DNA of 64,000 nucleotides from Terrimicrobiaceae bacterium (GCA_036525415.1 DATDAL010000025.1:11038-75037); one strand, 5' to 3'. Shown: positions 1-10,244, numbered from the stretch's first letter. Numbers and translations: made by a program. Notes: generated from the letters alone by a model not told the origin.

Positions 1-118
1 ATTTCGTGAGGTGGTTTGGGGAGCTTGCCTTTTGAGCGGCACAAAGCGCAAGCGAGATAAGCTAAGATCGGAGTGCTTTTGCAGCCGCCAGGGGAGGATT
101 ATCGCAGAGGCATCAAGG

Positions 119-1036
119 TTACGACTTGGGCGGTTCGATCCTTTCGAGCGTGGAGAAGCTGACTTCCCGCATGATCCGAAGAAATTCCTGCATGAAGGCT
201 TGCGAAGACGCGGCCCGCGTCGTCGCTGCGTAGAGACAGCTTCGCAAGCCAGTTTTCCCGACCGGTTTCCACGCTACGTATTTGCGGTCGAGATAGGGCT
301 GAACCGTCCAGCCGGGCAAGGCTGCAACGCCGCGACCGCTCGCGACGAGTTGAAGAATGGCGACGGTGAGTTCGGTCGTTCGCCTCGCTGGATGCACATT
401 GGCGGGCTTTAGCACGTCGCGCACCAGATCAAGGCGCTCATCGGGGATCGGATAGGTGACCAGCGTCTCCTGCCTGAAATCCCTCGCCGTGAGATATGGC
501 TTGCGAAGAAGTGGATGGTGGTGAGACAGCAGAGCCAAAACTTCGTAAGAAAACAGAGCATGGAATACGACGCCGGTCCGTTTCCCAGCGTGCGAGACGA
601 TTACAAGATCGGCGCGATTCTCCTCGAGAAGACCTACGGGATCCGCATGAAAGCCCGAGATAAGATCCAATTCGACTTGCGGCCAATGTCCTCGAAAGGC
701 ATCCATCGAGGGCATTAGCCAGTCGAAGCAGGAGTGGCATTCCACGGCGATTCGCAAGAGGCCCGCCTGCCCTTGCGAGATGCAAGCGAGATCACGCTCT
801 CCATCGCGGATCCGGCGCGTAATTTCGTAGGCAAGGGCGACGAGAAGCTGACCCGCCGCGGTGAGACGAAGGGGATCGCTTTTTCGCTCAAACAGCTCGA
901 TTGAGTAGTGCTCCTCAATGCCGCGAATCTGATGCGAGACGGCTGGCTGGGAGAGATTTAGACGCCTTCCCGCCTTGGAGAGGTTGCCCGTTTCAGCGAG
1001 GGCAACGATCGTTTTCAAGTGGCGCAGTTCAAGCAC
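119..1036 (-). CDS. metR: LysR-family transcriptional regulator (MetR-like)
   Basis: 305-aa ORF with an N-terminal LTTR wHTH (LRHLKTIVALAETGNLSKAGRRLNLSQPAVSHQIRGIEE) and a full-length effector domain. It is divergent from metE across an 88-bp spacer, the classical metR-metE layout. The symbol is assigned by context only. Confidence 0.8.
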   Translation of the reverse strand: MLELRHLKTIVALAETGNLSKAGRRLNLSQPAVSHQIRGIEEHYSIELFERKSDPLRLTAAGQLLVALAYEITRRIRDGERDLACISQGQAGLLRIAVECHSCFDWLMPSMDAFRGHWPQVELDLISGFHADPVGLLEENRADLVIVSHAGKRTGVVFHALFSYEVLALLSHHHPLLRKPYLTARDFRQETLVTYPIPDERLDLVRDVLKPANVHPARRTTELTVAILQLVASGRGVAALPGWTVQPYLDRKYVAWKPVGKTGLRSCLYAATTRAASSQAFMQEFLRIMREVSFSTLERIEPPKS

Positions 1037-1046
1037 GGAAAGTATG

Positions 1047-1071
1047 TCATCATAGATTCGGAGAATGATGA
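1047..1071. promoter_or_regulatory. Candidate LTTR operator: interrupted dyad TCATCAT-N11-ATGATGA (contains T-N11-A)
   Basis: Perfect 7-bp inverted repeat with an 11-nt spacer, read directly in the metR-metE intergenic region. Confidence 0.4.
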
Positions 1072-1124
1072 ACCCAAAAACAACGAGTTTTGAGAATGAG
1101 GGTGAGCGGCACGATATTTAGCAG

Positions 1125-3452
1125 ATGGACACTCATATTCTCACTCACAGCCTTGGCTATCCGCGCATTGGGGAGAAGCGCGAGCTGAAGAAGGCCGTCG
1201 AAGCATTTTGGCGAAGCGAGATTTCCGTCGAGGGACTCGAGCGTGCGGGCAAACAGCTGCGCAAGAGGCATTGGCTGGTTCAGAAAGAGGCCGGTCTGGA
1301 CCTGATTCCCTCAAACGATTTTTCGTACTACGACCAGATGCTCGATATGACATGCCTGCTCGGTAACGTGCCTCCGCGCTTTGGTTGGAACGGAGGCACC
1401 ATCGATTTGGATTTGCTCTTTCAGATCGCGCGCGGCGCCGGGGGTCCCGAAGGACACTCTTGCGGGTCGGCATGCTCTATCCATCCCAGCGAGATGACAA
1501 AATGGTTCGATACGAACTATCACTATATCGTGCCGGAATTTCGCGCCGGCGCCGTTTTCAAGCTTAGCGCGACCAAACCGTTCGACGAATTTCAAGAAGC
1601 GCTGGCGCTGGGGACTCGCACGAAGCCCGTCCTGATTGGTCCTTTGACATACCTCCACCTCGGAAAGAGCGTGGATGCCGGCTTCGATCGGCTTGCCTTA
1701 CTGGAGCGTTTGCTCCCAGTTTACTGCGAGATTCTTTTGCGCCTCGAAGGCTTGGGCGCGGATTGGGTTCAGCTGGACGAGCCGATCTTGGCTCTCGACC
1801 TCAGCGCAGATTGGCAGGCGGCGTTCGTGCGGGCCTATGGGAAGCTGCGCGCTGCCTCACCCCGCCTGAAGCTCCTCCTCGCAACCTATTTCGGCGAGTT
1901 GCGCGAGAACCTCCCACTCGCAACGAGCCTCCCGGTTGATGTGCTGCATTTGGATGCCACGCGGGCCGGGGGGGAAATTAGTAGAGCGCTCGAACACCTT
2001 CCGTCCTCGATAAGCTTGTCTTTGGGCGTGGTGGACGGACGGAATATCTGGCGCAACAATTTCGAAGTTTCCCTACAACAAATCGGTCAAGCTAGATGCA
2101 TCCTTAGTAATGAGCGTATTCTCCTTGCTCCGTCGTGCTCACTTCTTCATTCGCCGCTTACATTGCGAGGGGAAATAGCGCTCGAGACGGAGATCAAGGA
2201 CTGGCTCGCTTTTGCCGAAGAGAAGCTTCGAGAGGTCACGCAGTTGGCCCGGCTTGCCGAAGGGAGGGGGGATTCACTTCTGGCCTTCAAGAACCGTGTG
2301 GCTTCTCTTTCCCGCCGCGCTAGCGACCGGATTCACCGTCCTGAGGTCAAGGCGCGCTGCGAGGCTGCGCGCAAAGAAAATAGTTCGCGAGACGCCCCGT
2401 TTTCCGAACGACGCAAAGCCCAACGCGCCCTCCTCAATCTTCCGCTCTTTCCAACGACGACCATAGGGTCGTTCCCGCAGACCGCCGAGGTCCGTGCCAC
2501 CCGCGCAAAATGGAAGCGCGGCGAATGCTCTGACGCGGACTACAACGCGTTCCTCAAGGAAAAGACGGCGGAATGCATCCGTTTTCAGGAGGAAACCGGT
2601 CTGGATGTGCTCGTCCACGGTGAATTCGAACGCAACGACATGGTGGAGTTTTTCGGAGAGCAACTCGATGGCTTTCTGTTCACCGCTAACGGATGGGTGC
2701 AAAGCTACGGTTCCCGCTGCGTCAAGCCGCCTATAATCTACGGTGATGTGAATCGTCCGTGTCCAATGACTGTGGACTGGTGGGCGTACGCGCAAACACT
2801 AACGCCGCGGCCAGTCAAAGGCATGCTTACCGGGCCGGTCACGATCCTTCAGTGGAGCTTCGTCCGTGACGACCAACCGCGCAGCGAGACGGTCCGGCAG
2901 ATTGCTCTGGCGATTCGCGACGAGGTAATCGATTTGGAGACTGCGGGCGTCAGAGTCATTCAAATCGATGAGCCCGCGCTGCGGGAGGGTCTCCCGCTGC
3001 GCCGGAGCGATTGGCCGGCTTATCTGGAGTGGGCCGGAGAGGCTTTTAGACTTTCGGTGGCAGGCGTTCGCAATGAAACGCAGATCCACACTCACATGTG
3101 TTACTGCGAATTCAACGACATCATTTCCTCCATTGCAGATCTTGACGCCGATGTGATCTCCATTGAGGCATCGCGTTCCAATATGGAACTTCTCGAAGCC
3201 TTCGCAGATTTCAGCTATCCGAACGAAGTGGGGCCAGGGGTATGGGATATCCACTCGCCTCGCGTGCCGGAGGTCGCGGAAATGGTGGAACTCCTTCGCA
3301 AGGCCGCAGCGGTTCTCCCAATCGAAAGGCTCTGGGTGAACCCCGACTGCGGACTAAAGACCCGTGCCTGGAAAGAAGTGACGCCCTCCCTAAGAAAGAT
3401 GGTAAAGGCGGCTGCCGTGTTACGCGACGCATATTCCCGGATTGCAGCCTGA
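1125..3452 (+). CDS. metE: Cobalamin-independent methionine synthase (5-methyltetrahydropteroyltriglutamate-homocysteine S-methyltransferase)
   Basis: 775-aa ORF of the typical two-half MetE length. N-terminus reads HSLGYPRIGEKRELKKAVEAFW. The C-terminal Zn-site region carries HTHMCYCEFNDI and NPDCGLKTR. Confidence 0.95.
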   Translation: MDTHILTHSLGYPRIGEKRELKKAVEAFWRSEISVEGLERAGKQLRKRHWLVQKEAGLDLIPSNDFSYYDQMLDMTCLLGNVPPRFGWNGGTIDLDLLFQIARGAGGPEGHSCGSACSIHPSEMTKWFDTNYHYIVPEFRAGAVFKLSATKPFDEFQEALALGTRTKPVLIGPLTYLHLGKSVDAGFDRLALLERLLPVYCEILLRLEGLGADWVQLDEPILALDLSADWQAAFVRAYGKLRAASPRLKLLLATYFGELRENLPLATSLPVDVLHLDATRAGGEISRALEHLPSSISLSLGVVDGRNIWRNNFEVSLQQIGQARCILSNERILLAPSCSLLHSPLTLRGEIALETEIKDWLAFAEEKLREVTQLARLAEGRGDSLLAFKNRVASLSRRASDRIHRPEVKARCEAARKENSSRDAPFSERRKAQRALLNLPLFPTTTIGSFPQTAEVRATRAKWKRGECSDADYNAFLKEKTAECIRFQEETGLDVLVHGEFERNDMVEFFGEQLDGFLFTANGWVQSYGSRCVKPPIIYGDVNRPCPMTVDWWAYAQTLTPRPVKGMLTGPVTILQWSFVRDDQPRSETVRQIALAIRDEVIDLETAGVRVIQIDEPALREGLPLRRSDWPAYLEWAGEAFRLSVAGVRNETQIHTHMCYCEFNDIISSIADLDADVISIEASRSNMELLEAFADFSYPNEVGPGVWDIHSPRVPEVAEMVELLRKAAAVLPIERLWVNPDCGLKTRAWKEVTPSLRKMVKAAAVLRDAYSRIAA

Positions 3453-3509
3453 ATCGAAGGCTGGGGCTTTCGCATTGACTTCCACTCTTAGTACCGCCAC
3501 ACTCCAGGT

Positions 3510-4282
3510 GTGGAAGCTCCGTTTTGGGCTCCAACGCGTGGGGTCAACGTGGGTGATACGTCGTTTAAAAAGGAATTTCGCAAGTGGAATGGCTGGATCG
3601 TCGCGAAGGATGTCTATCTTGCCTTTTTCGACGGTGGCGCCAATCAGGAGGTTATCGATCTAAACGACGATCCCGCCACGTTTCCCGCCTTGCGTCAGGA
3701 CGAGAGCATCTACCCGCAAGGACACGGCAGCCCGGGTGGTGCCCAGTCGGCTCACCAAGTCCCGCTCCTCATCTCAAACTCACCTTTCCCGACGGCTACA
3801 AAGGGAATATTCGCGCCTATTGCTGTTCGGCCGGCGTCGGGACGGCGACGAAGGATTCCGGCGTGGCTGCCGTGGCCGCAGCCCTCAGCGGCGGAGGAAA
3901 GCAGAAGAAACTCAATGGCGTGCCGGTGACCGGCGCTGCCGGCGTGGCTCTGAACTGTCGAGCCTATGCCGGGGAGACCAGGGTGTTCAAAAACGATCGT
4001 CAGGCCGAGGCGCGGATCGATAAGGCGATCGATGCCACGCGAGGCGATGTGGACAACAAGTGGAAGGCGTGGGTGGAAAAGCACATTCCACCGTTCATTC
4101 CCGAGAATGGCGCGACGCCGAGCGGTCTTGCGCGTCTCTCGCCGAACACACTTTGGGCGGCCGCCTACATGGCCAGTCAGATGTCGCTGGGCTTTTACAG
4201 GCAACTGGAGGCAACGTGCAGAAACGACCTCATGCTATCCGGGACTGATCTGACGACCAAGAAAATCGTGGTCCCAAAGTAG
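3510..4282 (+). pseudogene. Unknown protein whose coding signal switches frame (frame of 3510 up to about 3735, then the -1 frame to the stop at 4282)
   Basis: The ORF 3510..3929 has a protein-like N-terminal part (WAPTRGVNVGDTSFKKEFRKWNGWIVAKDVYLAFFDGGANQEVIDLNDDPATFPAL) and then becomes Arg/Pro junk. The ORF 3584..4282 is Arg-rich junk at first and then protein-like (KLTFPDGYKGNIRAYCCSAGVGTATKD...WKAWVEKHIPPFIPENG...). No family recognised. GTG start at 3510. Confidence 0.4.
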
Positions 4283-4473
4283 CAAGGCGGAGTTCCGCAA
4301 GCCCGCAAGATCAGGGCATTATCGTACGACTGAAGAGTCCTGCCACGCCGAGCTCTGTCCCTGTGCGTTCGGCTGCGCGATTCACGCGCTCGAGGGCACG
4401 GCGGCTTTGTGCTGGCGGAAAAGGGCACGGCAGGCCAAGATGAACACGCACGACCTCAACCCCCACCTGAAGT

Positions 4474-7400
4474 ATGCAAAATACACTTTGGTTTAAGGAT
4501 GCCATCATTTATGAACTTCACGTCCGCTCGTTCCGCGACAGCACGGGCGACGGCATCGGCGATTTTCGCGGACTTTGCGAGAAGCTGGGATATTTCGAGG
4601 AACTGGGCGTAACGGCACTTTGGTTGCTTCCCTTTTATCCGTCGCCGATGCGCGACGATGGCTACGACATCGCCGACTATTTTTCTGTAAGCCCCTCCTA
4701 TGGGACTTTGAAGGATTTCGAGACCTTTCTCGCAGAGGCGCACAGACGCAAGCTTCGAGTAATCACCGAGTTGGTCATTAACCACACTTCCGATAAGCAC
4801 GGCTGGTTCCAGAGGGCACGCCACGCGCCTGCAGGGTCTCCGGAGCGCGATTTTTATGTCTGGAGCGATACGCCGAAGCGCTTCGAAGAGGCGCGCATCA
4901 TTTTCAAGGATTTTGAAGCTTCGAACTGGTCGTGGGATCCGGTGGCGCGAGCCTATTACTGGCACCGCTTTTACGCGCACCAGCCGGATCTGAATTTTGA
5001 CAATCCGCTCGTGCGCCAGGCCGCTCTAAGTGTCGTAGATTTTTGGCTCGGCCTCGGCGTTGACGGCCTGCAGTTGGACGGGGTTCCCTATTTGATCGAG
5101 AGGGAGGGCACGTCTTGCGAGAACCTCCCCGAGACGCATGCTTGCTTGCGTGAACTGCGCCGCCACGTGGACGAGAAGTTTCCTGGACGGGCCCTCCTTG
5201 CCGAAACCAACCAGTGGCCCGAAGATGCCGCTGGCTACTTTGGAAATGGCGATGAGTGCCATATGGCATTTCATTTCGCCCTCATGCCGCGTCTTTTCAT
5301 GGCGCTCCAGATGGAAGACCGTTTCCCGATCCTCGACATTCTCGAACAAACGCCGGAAATCCCGCAGACCTGTCAATGGGCGATCTTCCTGCGCAACCAC
5401 GATGAGCTCACCTTGGAAATGGTGACCGATGAGGAGCGCGATTACATGTATCGCGTGTTTGCCGAAGATCCTCGCGCGAGGATCAACCTCGGCATTCGTC
5501 GAAGGCTTGCCCCGTTGCTGAACAATAACCGGCGTAGGATTGAACTGATCAATGCGCTGCTCTTGTCGATGCCTGGAACGCCAATCATTTACTACGGCGA
5601 CGAGATCGCGATGGGCGACAACATCTACTTGGGCGATCGCAAGGGTGTCCGGACGCCCATGCAATGGAGTGCGGATAGAAACGCGGGATTCTCGAAGGCG
5701 AACCCGCAGCGGCTTTTCCTTCCGGTCATCATCGATCCCGAATTCCACTACGAGGCAACCAACGTCGATATTCAGCTGAAGAATATCTCTTCGCTGTTCT
5801 GGTGGATGCGAAGAATACTCGTCGTCCGCCGCCGCTACAAAGCTTTCTCGCACGGTACGATCGAGTTCTTGCATCCAACCAATGCCAAAGTCCTCGCTTT
5901 CCTTCGCTGCTATGAAGGTGAGACCATCCTTGTGGTAGCCAATGTTTCCAGGTTCTCGCAGTCCGTCACGATCGACCTGTCAAGGTTTGAGGGCCATAGA
6001 GCCGAGGAGCTTTTCGGCGGAGGGGAGTTCTTCGATATCACTGAGAGCCCCGTCTTTTTCACAGTTGGGCCGAACGATTTCTACTGGCTTCTGCTTGCCA
6101 AAGCGGTCCCTGTTCCGGTGGTGCCGGCGGCAGTGCCGATCCGCACATTGGAGATCCCCTCCGTGTGGTCTGACAAACTCCTGGAATCCCTGCGAACCAT
6201 CGTTCTCCCCGAATACCTTCCGAATTGCCGTTGGTTTGGCCAGAAGCAGCGGACCTTGAGGTCGTTAACAATCTTAGAAACGCGCGCCGAGAAAAAATCC
6301 GACGAAATGCGCGTCATGTTGCTCGAGCTTGCATTCACGGAAGGAGATCCGGTCACCCAAGTCTTGCCACTTTTCATCGGCAAGGAAGATGAGGGAGATT
6401 CGAAAGGAGTTCCTGCAATCGTAGCGCGATTTTCTGATGGGATGGTGCTTTGGGATGCTTTGTACGTCGGCACATGCCGGAAGAAAGTCTGGGAGGTGCT
6501 TGCTTGTCGTGAAGCCTGGCAGGGCGTTGACGTGCGCCTTTTCGGGGTCAAGAGCGATCGTTCCGGAGACGCCCGCCCGACCAAGACGCGTTTGCTTGGA
6601 GGTGAGCAATCCAATTCCACACTCTCCTTCGACGATGCGCGTCTGCTGAAGTTCTTGCGGAAATTCGAGCCGGGTTCGCATCCCGACGCGGACATCATCC
6701 GAGCTCTAGGAGCTCGGAATTTTGCGCATGTTCCGCGATATGCGGGGGAGATACGCTGCCGAATCGGCCGGGAGGAAGGAGTGCTTGCGCTGTTGACAAC
6801 CTACGTGAAGAACCAGGGCGAATGCTGGACCTATGGTCTTGATGGTATCGCTCGTTTCTTTGAACGCGTGCTTTCTGTCGCTGTCCAGCCGGAAGTCGAA
6901 ATTCAAGTTACAGAGCTGGCGGGCGCCGTGTTTCCTCCGCGCATGCGTCAGTTGGGCCAGCGAACAGGCGAAATGCACCGGTGCCTCGAGTCGATAGAAG
7001 GGGCCGATTTCGAGCCGGAACCTTTCACCTTGCTACATCAACGTTCACTCTATCAAACGATGCGCGCGCTCCTCCGGCGCACCGAGCGGGAGCTGACCAA
7101 CAGGCTTTCGGATTTGACTCCGAAGGTGCGGCAGCAAGCGCTCGACTGGTTCGCCCGTGCACCGCGGATCCTCGATGCGTACTCGATTCTGCTCAAGCGG
7201 AAGATCGTCGCAACCAAGACTCGGGTTCACGGTGATTACCACCTCGGCCAAGTATTGAACACCGGCAACGATTTCGTCATTCTTGATTTTGAGGGCGAGC
7301 CGCGGAAAACTCTTCGCGAGCGGCTGCTCAAGCGTTCGCCGTTGGTGGATGTTGCCGGCATGCTGCGATCCTTCGACTACGCCCTCGAGGTTAGCCTCTT

Positions 7401-7695
7401 GCAACAGAAAGCTGAAGATCAGGGTCGTCTTAGGCCCTGGGCCCTCAAGTGGCTTGACCTCGTAAGCGATGCCTTTCTCGAAGGTTACCGATCGGCCGCG
7501 GCGGGCGCATCCTTCTTGCCTCCGACTGATGAGGAATTCGAGGCGCTGCTCAGAATCTTTCTCCTCGACAAGGCAGTATACGAGATCGGCTATGAATTGA
7601 ATTATCGCCCCGATTTTCTTCAAATTCCGCTGTCGGCTGTCAATCGTATGGTGGAAGGCAGCGGGTCGGCAGCAGACGCCGCGAGGGCAGAATAG
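4474..7695 (+). CDS. treS: Trehalose synthase (maltose alpha-D-glucosyltransferase) fused to maltokinase
   Basis: 1073 aa. N-terminal GH13 half: WFKDAIIYELHVRSFRDSTGDGIGDF, GVDGLQLDGVPYL, FLRNHDELTLEMV. C-terminal kinase-like half: RVHGDYHLGQVL, ILDFEGEP, as in Mak/Pep2. Confidence 0.92.
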   Translation: MQNTLWFKDAIIYELHVRSFRDSTGDGIGDFRGLCEKLGYFEELGVTALWLLPFYPSPMRDDGYDIADYFSVSPSYGTLKDFETFLAEAHRRKLRVITELVINHTSDKHGWFQRARHAPAGSPERDFYVWSDTPKRFEEARIIFKDFEASNWSWDPVARAYYWHRFYAHQPDLNFDNPLVRQAALSVVDFWLGLGVDGLQLDGVPYLIEREGTSCENLPETHACLRELRRHVDEKFPGRALLAETNQWPEDAAGYFGNGDECHMAFHFALMPRLFMALQMEDRFPILDILEQTPEIPQTCQWAIFLRNHDELTLEMVTDEERDYMYRVFAEDPRARINLGIRRRLAPLLNNNRRRIELINALLLSMPGTPIIYYGDEIAMGDNIYLGDRKGVRTPMQWSADRNAGFSKANPQRLFLPVIIDPEFHYEATNVDIQLKNISSLFWWMRRILVVRRRYKAFSHGTIEFLHPTNAKVLAFLRCYEGETILVVANVSRFSQSVTIDLSRFEGHRAEELFGGGEFFDITESPVFFTVGPNDFYWLLLAKAVPVPVVPAAVPIRTLEIPSVWSDKLLESLRTIVLPEYLPNCRWFGQKQRTLRSLTILETRAEKKSDEMRVMLLELAFTEGDPVTQVLPLFIGKEDEGDSKGVPAIVARFSDGMVLWDALYVGTCRKKVWEVLACREAWQGVDVRLFGVKSDRSGDARPTKTRLLGGEQSNSTLSFDDARLLKFLRKFEPGSHPDADIIRALGARNFAHVPRYAGEIRCRIGREEGVLALLTTYVKNQGECWTYGLDGIARFFERVLSVAVQPEVEIQVTELAGAVFPPRMRQLGQRTGEMHRCLESIEGADFEPEPFTLLHQRSLYQTMRALLRRTERELTNRLSDLTPKVRQQALDWFARAPRILDAYSILLKRKIVATKTRVHGDYHLGQVLNTGNDFVILDFEGEPRKTLRERLLKRSPLVDVAGMLRSFDYALEVSLLQQKAEDQGRLRPWALKWLDLVSDAFLEGYRSAAAGASFLPPTDEEFEALLRIFLLDKAVYEIGYELNYRPDFLQIPLSAVNRMVEGSGSAADAARAE

Positions 7696-7901
7696 TACCA
7701 GATGCGGCCGCCTCGCCACTGCATATCGAGCGGCAAGGGGAGGGAAGCGGCTTATGATGCGCGACAAATCGGAATCATCCGGAATGCGGATACGTTCGTT
7801 CCCTGCCCGGCAATGAGGCCGGACTTCCCGAGCTGATAAGCTTGCGAGCAAGAAATCGGTCCTCGCCCTAACTCCAGCAAGCTGCTAGCGATACTCGATT
7901 T

Positions 7902-10100
7902 ATGGCATCTTCCGCAATTCCTATTTGGCCAGGAAAACCATATCCCCTGGGCGCAAAGGTTACCGCTGAAGGGACAAACTTTGCCCTGTTTTCGGAGAAC
8001 GCCACGGGCGTGGACCTGTGTCTATTCAATCATCCTGGCGATGCGCAGGAGGGTGCCCGCATTCGGCTTGCAGAGGTGACCGACGCCGTGTGGCATTGTT
8101 TTCTTCCAAGGATCAGCAGCGGGCAGTTGTACGGTTATCGAGTGCACGGTCCTTACGAGCCTGAGGACGGTCATCGCTTCAACGAATTCAAGCTGCTTCT
8201 CGACCCTTACGCCCGAGCGGTGGCCGGGTTGATCAAATGGCGTGAAGAAATGTTCGCCTATGCCTTTGGCGGAGAGGACGCTGACTTGAATAAGGACATC
8301 CGGGACAGCGCCGCAGGCTTGCCGAAATCGGTGGTCGTTAGTGACGAGTTCGATTGGGGTGGCGATAGAAGCCCGGATATCCCCCTGGAGGAGTCCGTGA
8401 TTTACGAGGTGCATGTCAAGGGGTTTTCAAAACTCTGCCCGCATATTCCGCAAGAGATCCGCGGCAGCTATGCTGCCCTGGGAAGTGACTTCGCTATTGA
8501 ATACTTTAAAAAACTCGGCGTGACCGCTGTCGAGTTACTGCCGGTCCACCACTTTGTGAATGACGAGCATGTGGAGAAGAAAGGGCTGTCGAACTACTGG
8601 GGTTACAACTCGATCGGCTACTTCGCGCCTCACTCCGCGTACTCGAGCAGCGGCATACTGGGGCAGCAAGTGACCGAGTTCAAGGAGATGGTAAAGAAGC
8701 TGCACGCAGCAGGACTCGAGGTCATTCTCGATGTCGTCTACAACCACACCGGCGAGGGGAACCACATGGGGCCAACGCTCTGTTTCCGTGGCACGGATAA
8801 CGCCGCATACTACCGGGCCGTTGCGGGTAACCGCCGCTACTACATGGACTATACGGGCTGCGGCAATTCCTTGAACATGATGCATCCCAGGGCGCTCCAG
8901 CTTATCATGGACAGTCTCCGGTACTGGATATTGGAGATGCATGTGGATGGGTTTCGCTTCGATCTCGCTTCGACATTGGCCCGTGAGCTCCACGAGGTGG
9001 ACCGCCTCTCGGCCTTTTTCGACATCGTGCATCAGGATCCCGTCATCTCGCGCGTTAAACTAATTGCCGAGCCATGGGACGTGGGAGAGGGTGGATACCA
9101 GGTCGGAAATTTTCCAGTGCTCTGGGCCGAGTGGAACGGAAAATATCGTGACTGCATGCGCAAATACTGGAAGGGCGACGAGGGCACAATTGGGGAGTTC
9201 GCTTCACGGTTGACCGGAAGTTCGGATCTTTATCAGCACGATGGAAAACGCCCCTACGCCAGCGTCAACTTCATCACCGCGCACGACGGCTTTACTCTAA
9301 ACGACCTCGTCTCCTACAACGAAAAACACAACGAGGCCAACGGGGAGGGCAACGCCGATGGCGACACCAACAACAACTCTTGGAACTGCGGCGTTGAAGG
9401 TCCCTCGGACGACGAAAACATCAACGCTTTGCGCCGGCGCCAGATGCGCAATTTTCTCGCCACCTTGTTTCTTTCCCAAGGCGTTCCCATGTTCTCAGGA
9501 GGCGACGAATTTGCCCGAACGCAAAGGGGCAACAACAACGTTTATTGCCAGGATAATGAACTGAGCTGGTTCTCGTGGGAGCGCACTCCGGCTCAGGAGG
9601 CGCTGACGGCATTTGTCACGAAGCTCAGCCTCTTCCGCAACGAACATCCAGTCTTTCGAAGACCGAAATTTTTCCAGGGCAGACCTATTCGCGGCCTGGG
9701 AATCAAGGACATCATGTGGCTCAATCCCTCCGGCAAGGAAATGAGTGATGATGAATGGAGTACAGGTTACGCGCGCTCAATCGGGCTCTTGCTCAGTGGC
9801 CAGACGATGGACATACGAGACTCGAGGGGCGAACTGATCACTGACGATACGTTCGTCATGTTCTTCAATGCCCATCATGAAGGACTTCGGTTCCGCCTTC
9901 CAAAGATACGGAATAGCCGGGCCTCGTGGGAGCTTGTCCTCGATACAGCGCGGGAGTCTGGGTTTTTGGAAGCGAAGGCGCACTATCCGGCCACCGGAGC
10001 CGTAGAGCTCGTTGAGCGCTCGCTGGTTGTGTTGAGGCACGGATTGACGCGGCATCATCGGATCAAGGCCCACGCCCCGCCCGCGAGCGTCCACCCGTGA
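7902..10100 (+). CDS. glgX: Glycogen debranching enzyme (isoamylase-type, GH13)
   Basis: 732 aa. Motifs: PYPLGA...GTNFALFS N-terminus, YEVHVKGFS, VILDVVYNHTGEG, GFRFDLAS, EPWDVG, FITAHDGFTLNDLVSYNEKHNEANGE. Confidence 0.92.
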   Translation: MASSAIPIWPGKPYPLGAKVTAEGTNFALFSENATGVDLCLFNHPGDAQEGARIRLAEVTDAVWHCFLPRISSGQLYGYRVHGPYEPEDGHRFNEFKLLLDPYARAVAGLIKWREEMFAYAFGGEDADLNKDIRDSAAGLPKSVVVSDEFDWGGDRSPDIPLEESVIYEVHVKGFSKLCPHIPQEIRGSYAALGSDFAIEYFKKLGVTAVELLPVHHFVNDEHVEKKGLSNYWGYNSIGYFAPHSAYSSSGILGQQVTEFKEMVKKLHAAGLEVILDVVYNHTGEGNHMGPTLCFRGTDNAAYYRAVAGNRRYYMDYTGCGNSLNMMHPRALQLIMDSLRYWILEMHVDGFRFDLASTLARELHEVDRLSAFFDIVHQDPVISRVKLIAEPWDVGEGGYQVGNFPVLWAEWNGKYRDCMRKYWKGDEGTIGEFASRLTGSSDLYQHDGKRPYASVNFITAHDGFTLNDLVSYNEKHNEANGEGNADGDTNNNSWNCGVEGPSDDENINALRRRQMRNFLATLFLSQGVPMFSGGDEFARTQRGNNNVYCQDNELSWFSWERTPAQEALTAFVTKLSLFRNEHPVFRRPKFFQGRPIRGLGIKDIMWLNPSGKEMSDDEWSTGYARSIGLLLSGQTMDIRDSRGELITDDTFVMFFNAHHEGLRFRLPKIRNSRASWELVLDTARESGFLEAKAHYPATGAVELVERSLVVLRHGLTRHHRIKAHAPPASVHP

Positions 10101-10223
10101 ATCTGCTCATAGTTTCTGGGTTTCGTTTGGAGCGGTGCAACCGGGTGCTACAGCGTGCTATCCGCCTCCTGGATCTGTCCCAAGGATAAGGGGAGAGCGA
10201 AGAGGACCGTTAGGCTAAAGGCT

Positions 10224-10244
10224 CGACCGCCGTGTCGGCGGTCG
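10224..10244 (+). terminator. GC hairpin (9-bp perfect stem CGACCGCCG / CGGCGGTCG, 3-nt loop) downstream of glgX; no U-tract
   Basis: Read directly. It lies about 120 nt after the glgX stop and is followed by CCCCCGCCG rather than a T-run, so a terminator function is uncertain. Confidence 0.25.

Noticed and set aside
11-412. 133-aa plus-strand ORF at the window start
   Set aside because: It is antisense to the C-terminal part of the LysR regulator. It is a shadow frame.
5026-5874. 282-aa ORF on the minus strand inside treS-mak
   Set aside because: It is antisense to a gene with unambiguous GH13 motifs. Its Arg/Pro/Ala-rich composition is typical of a high-GC shadow frame, and I recognised no motif.
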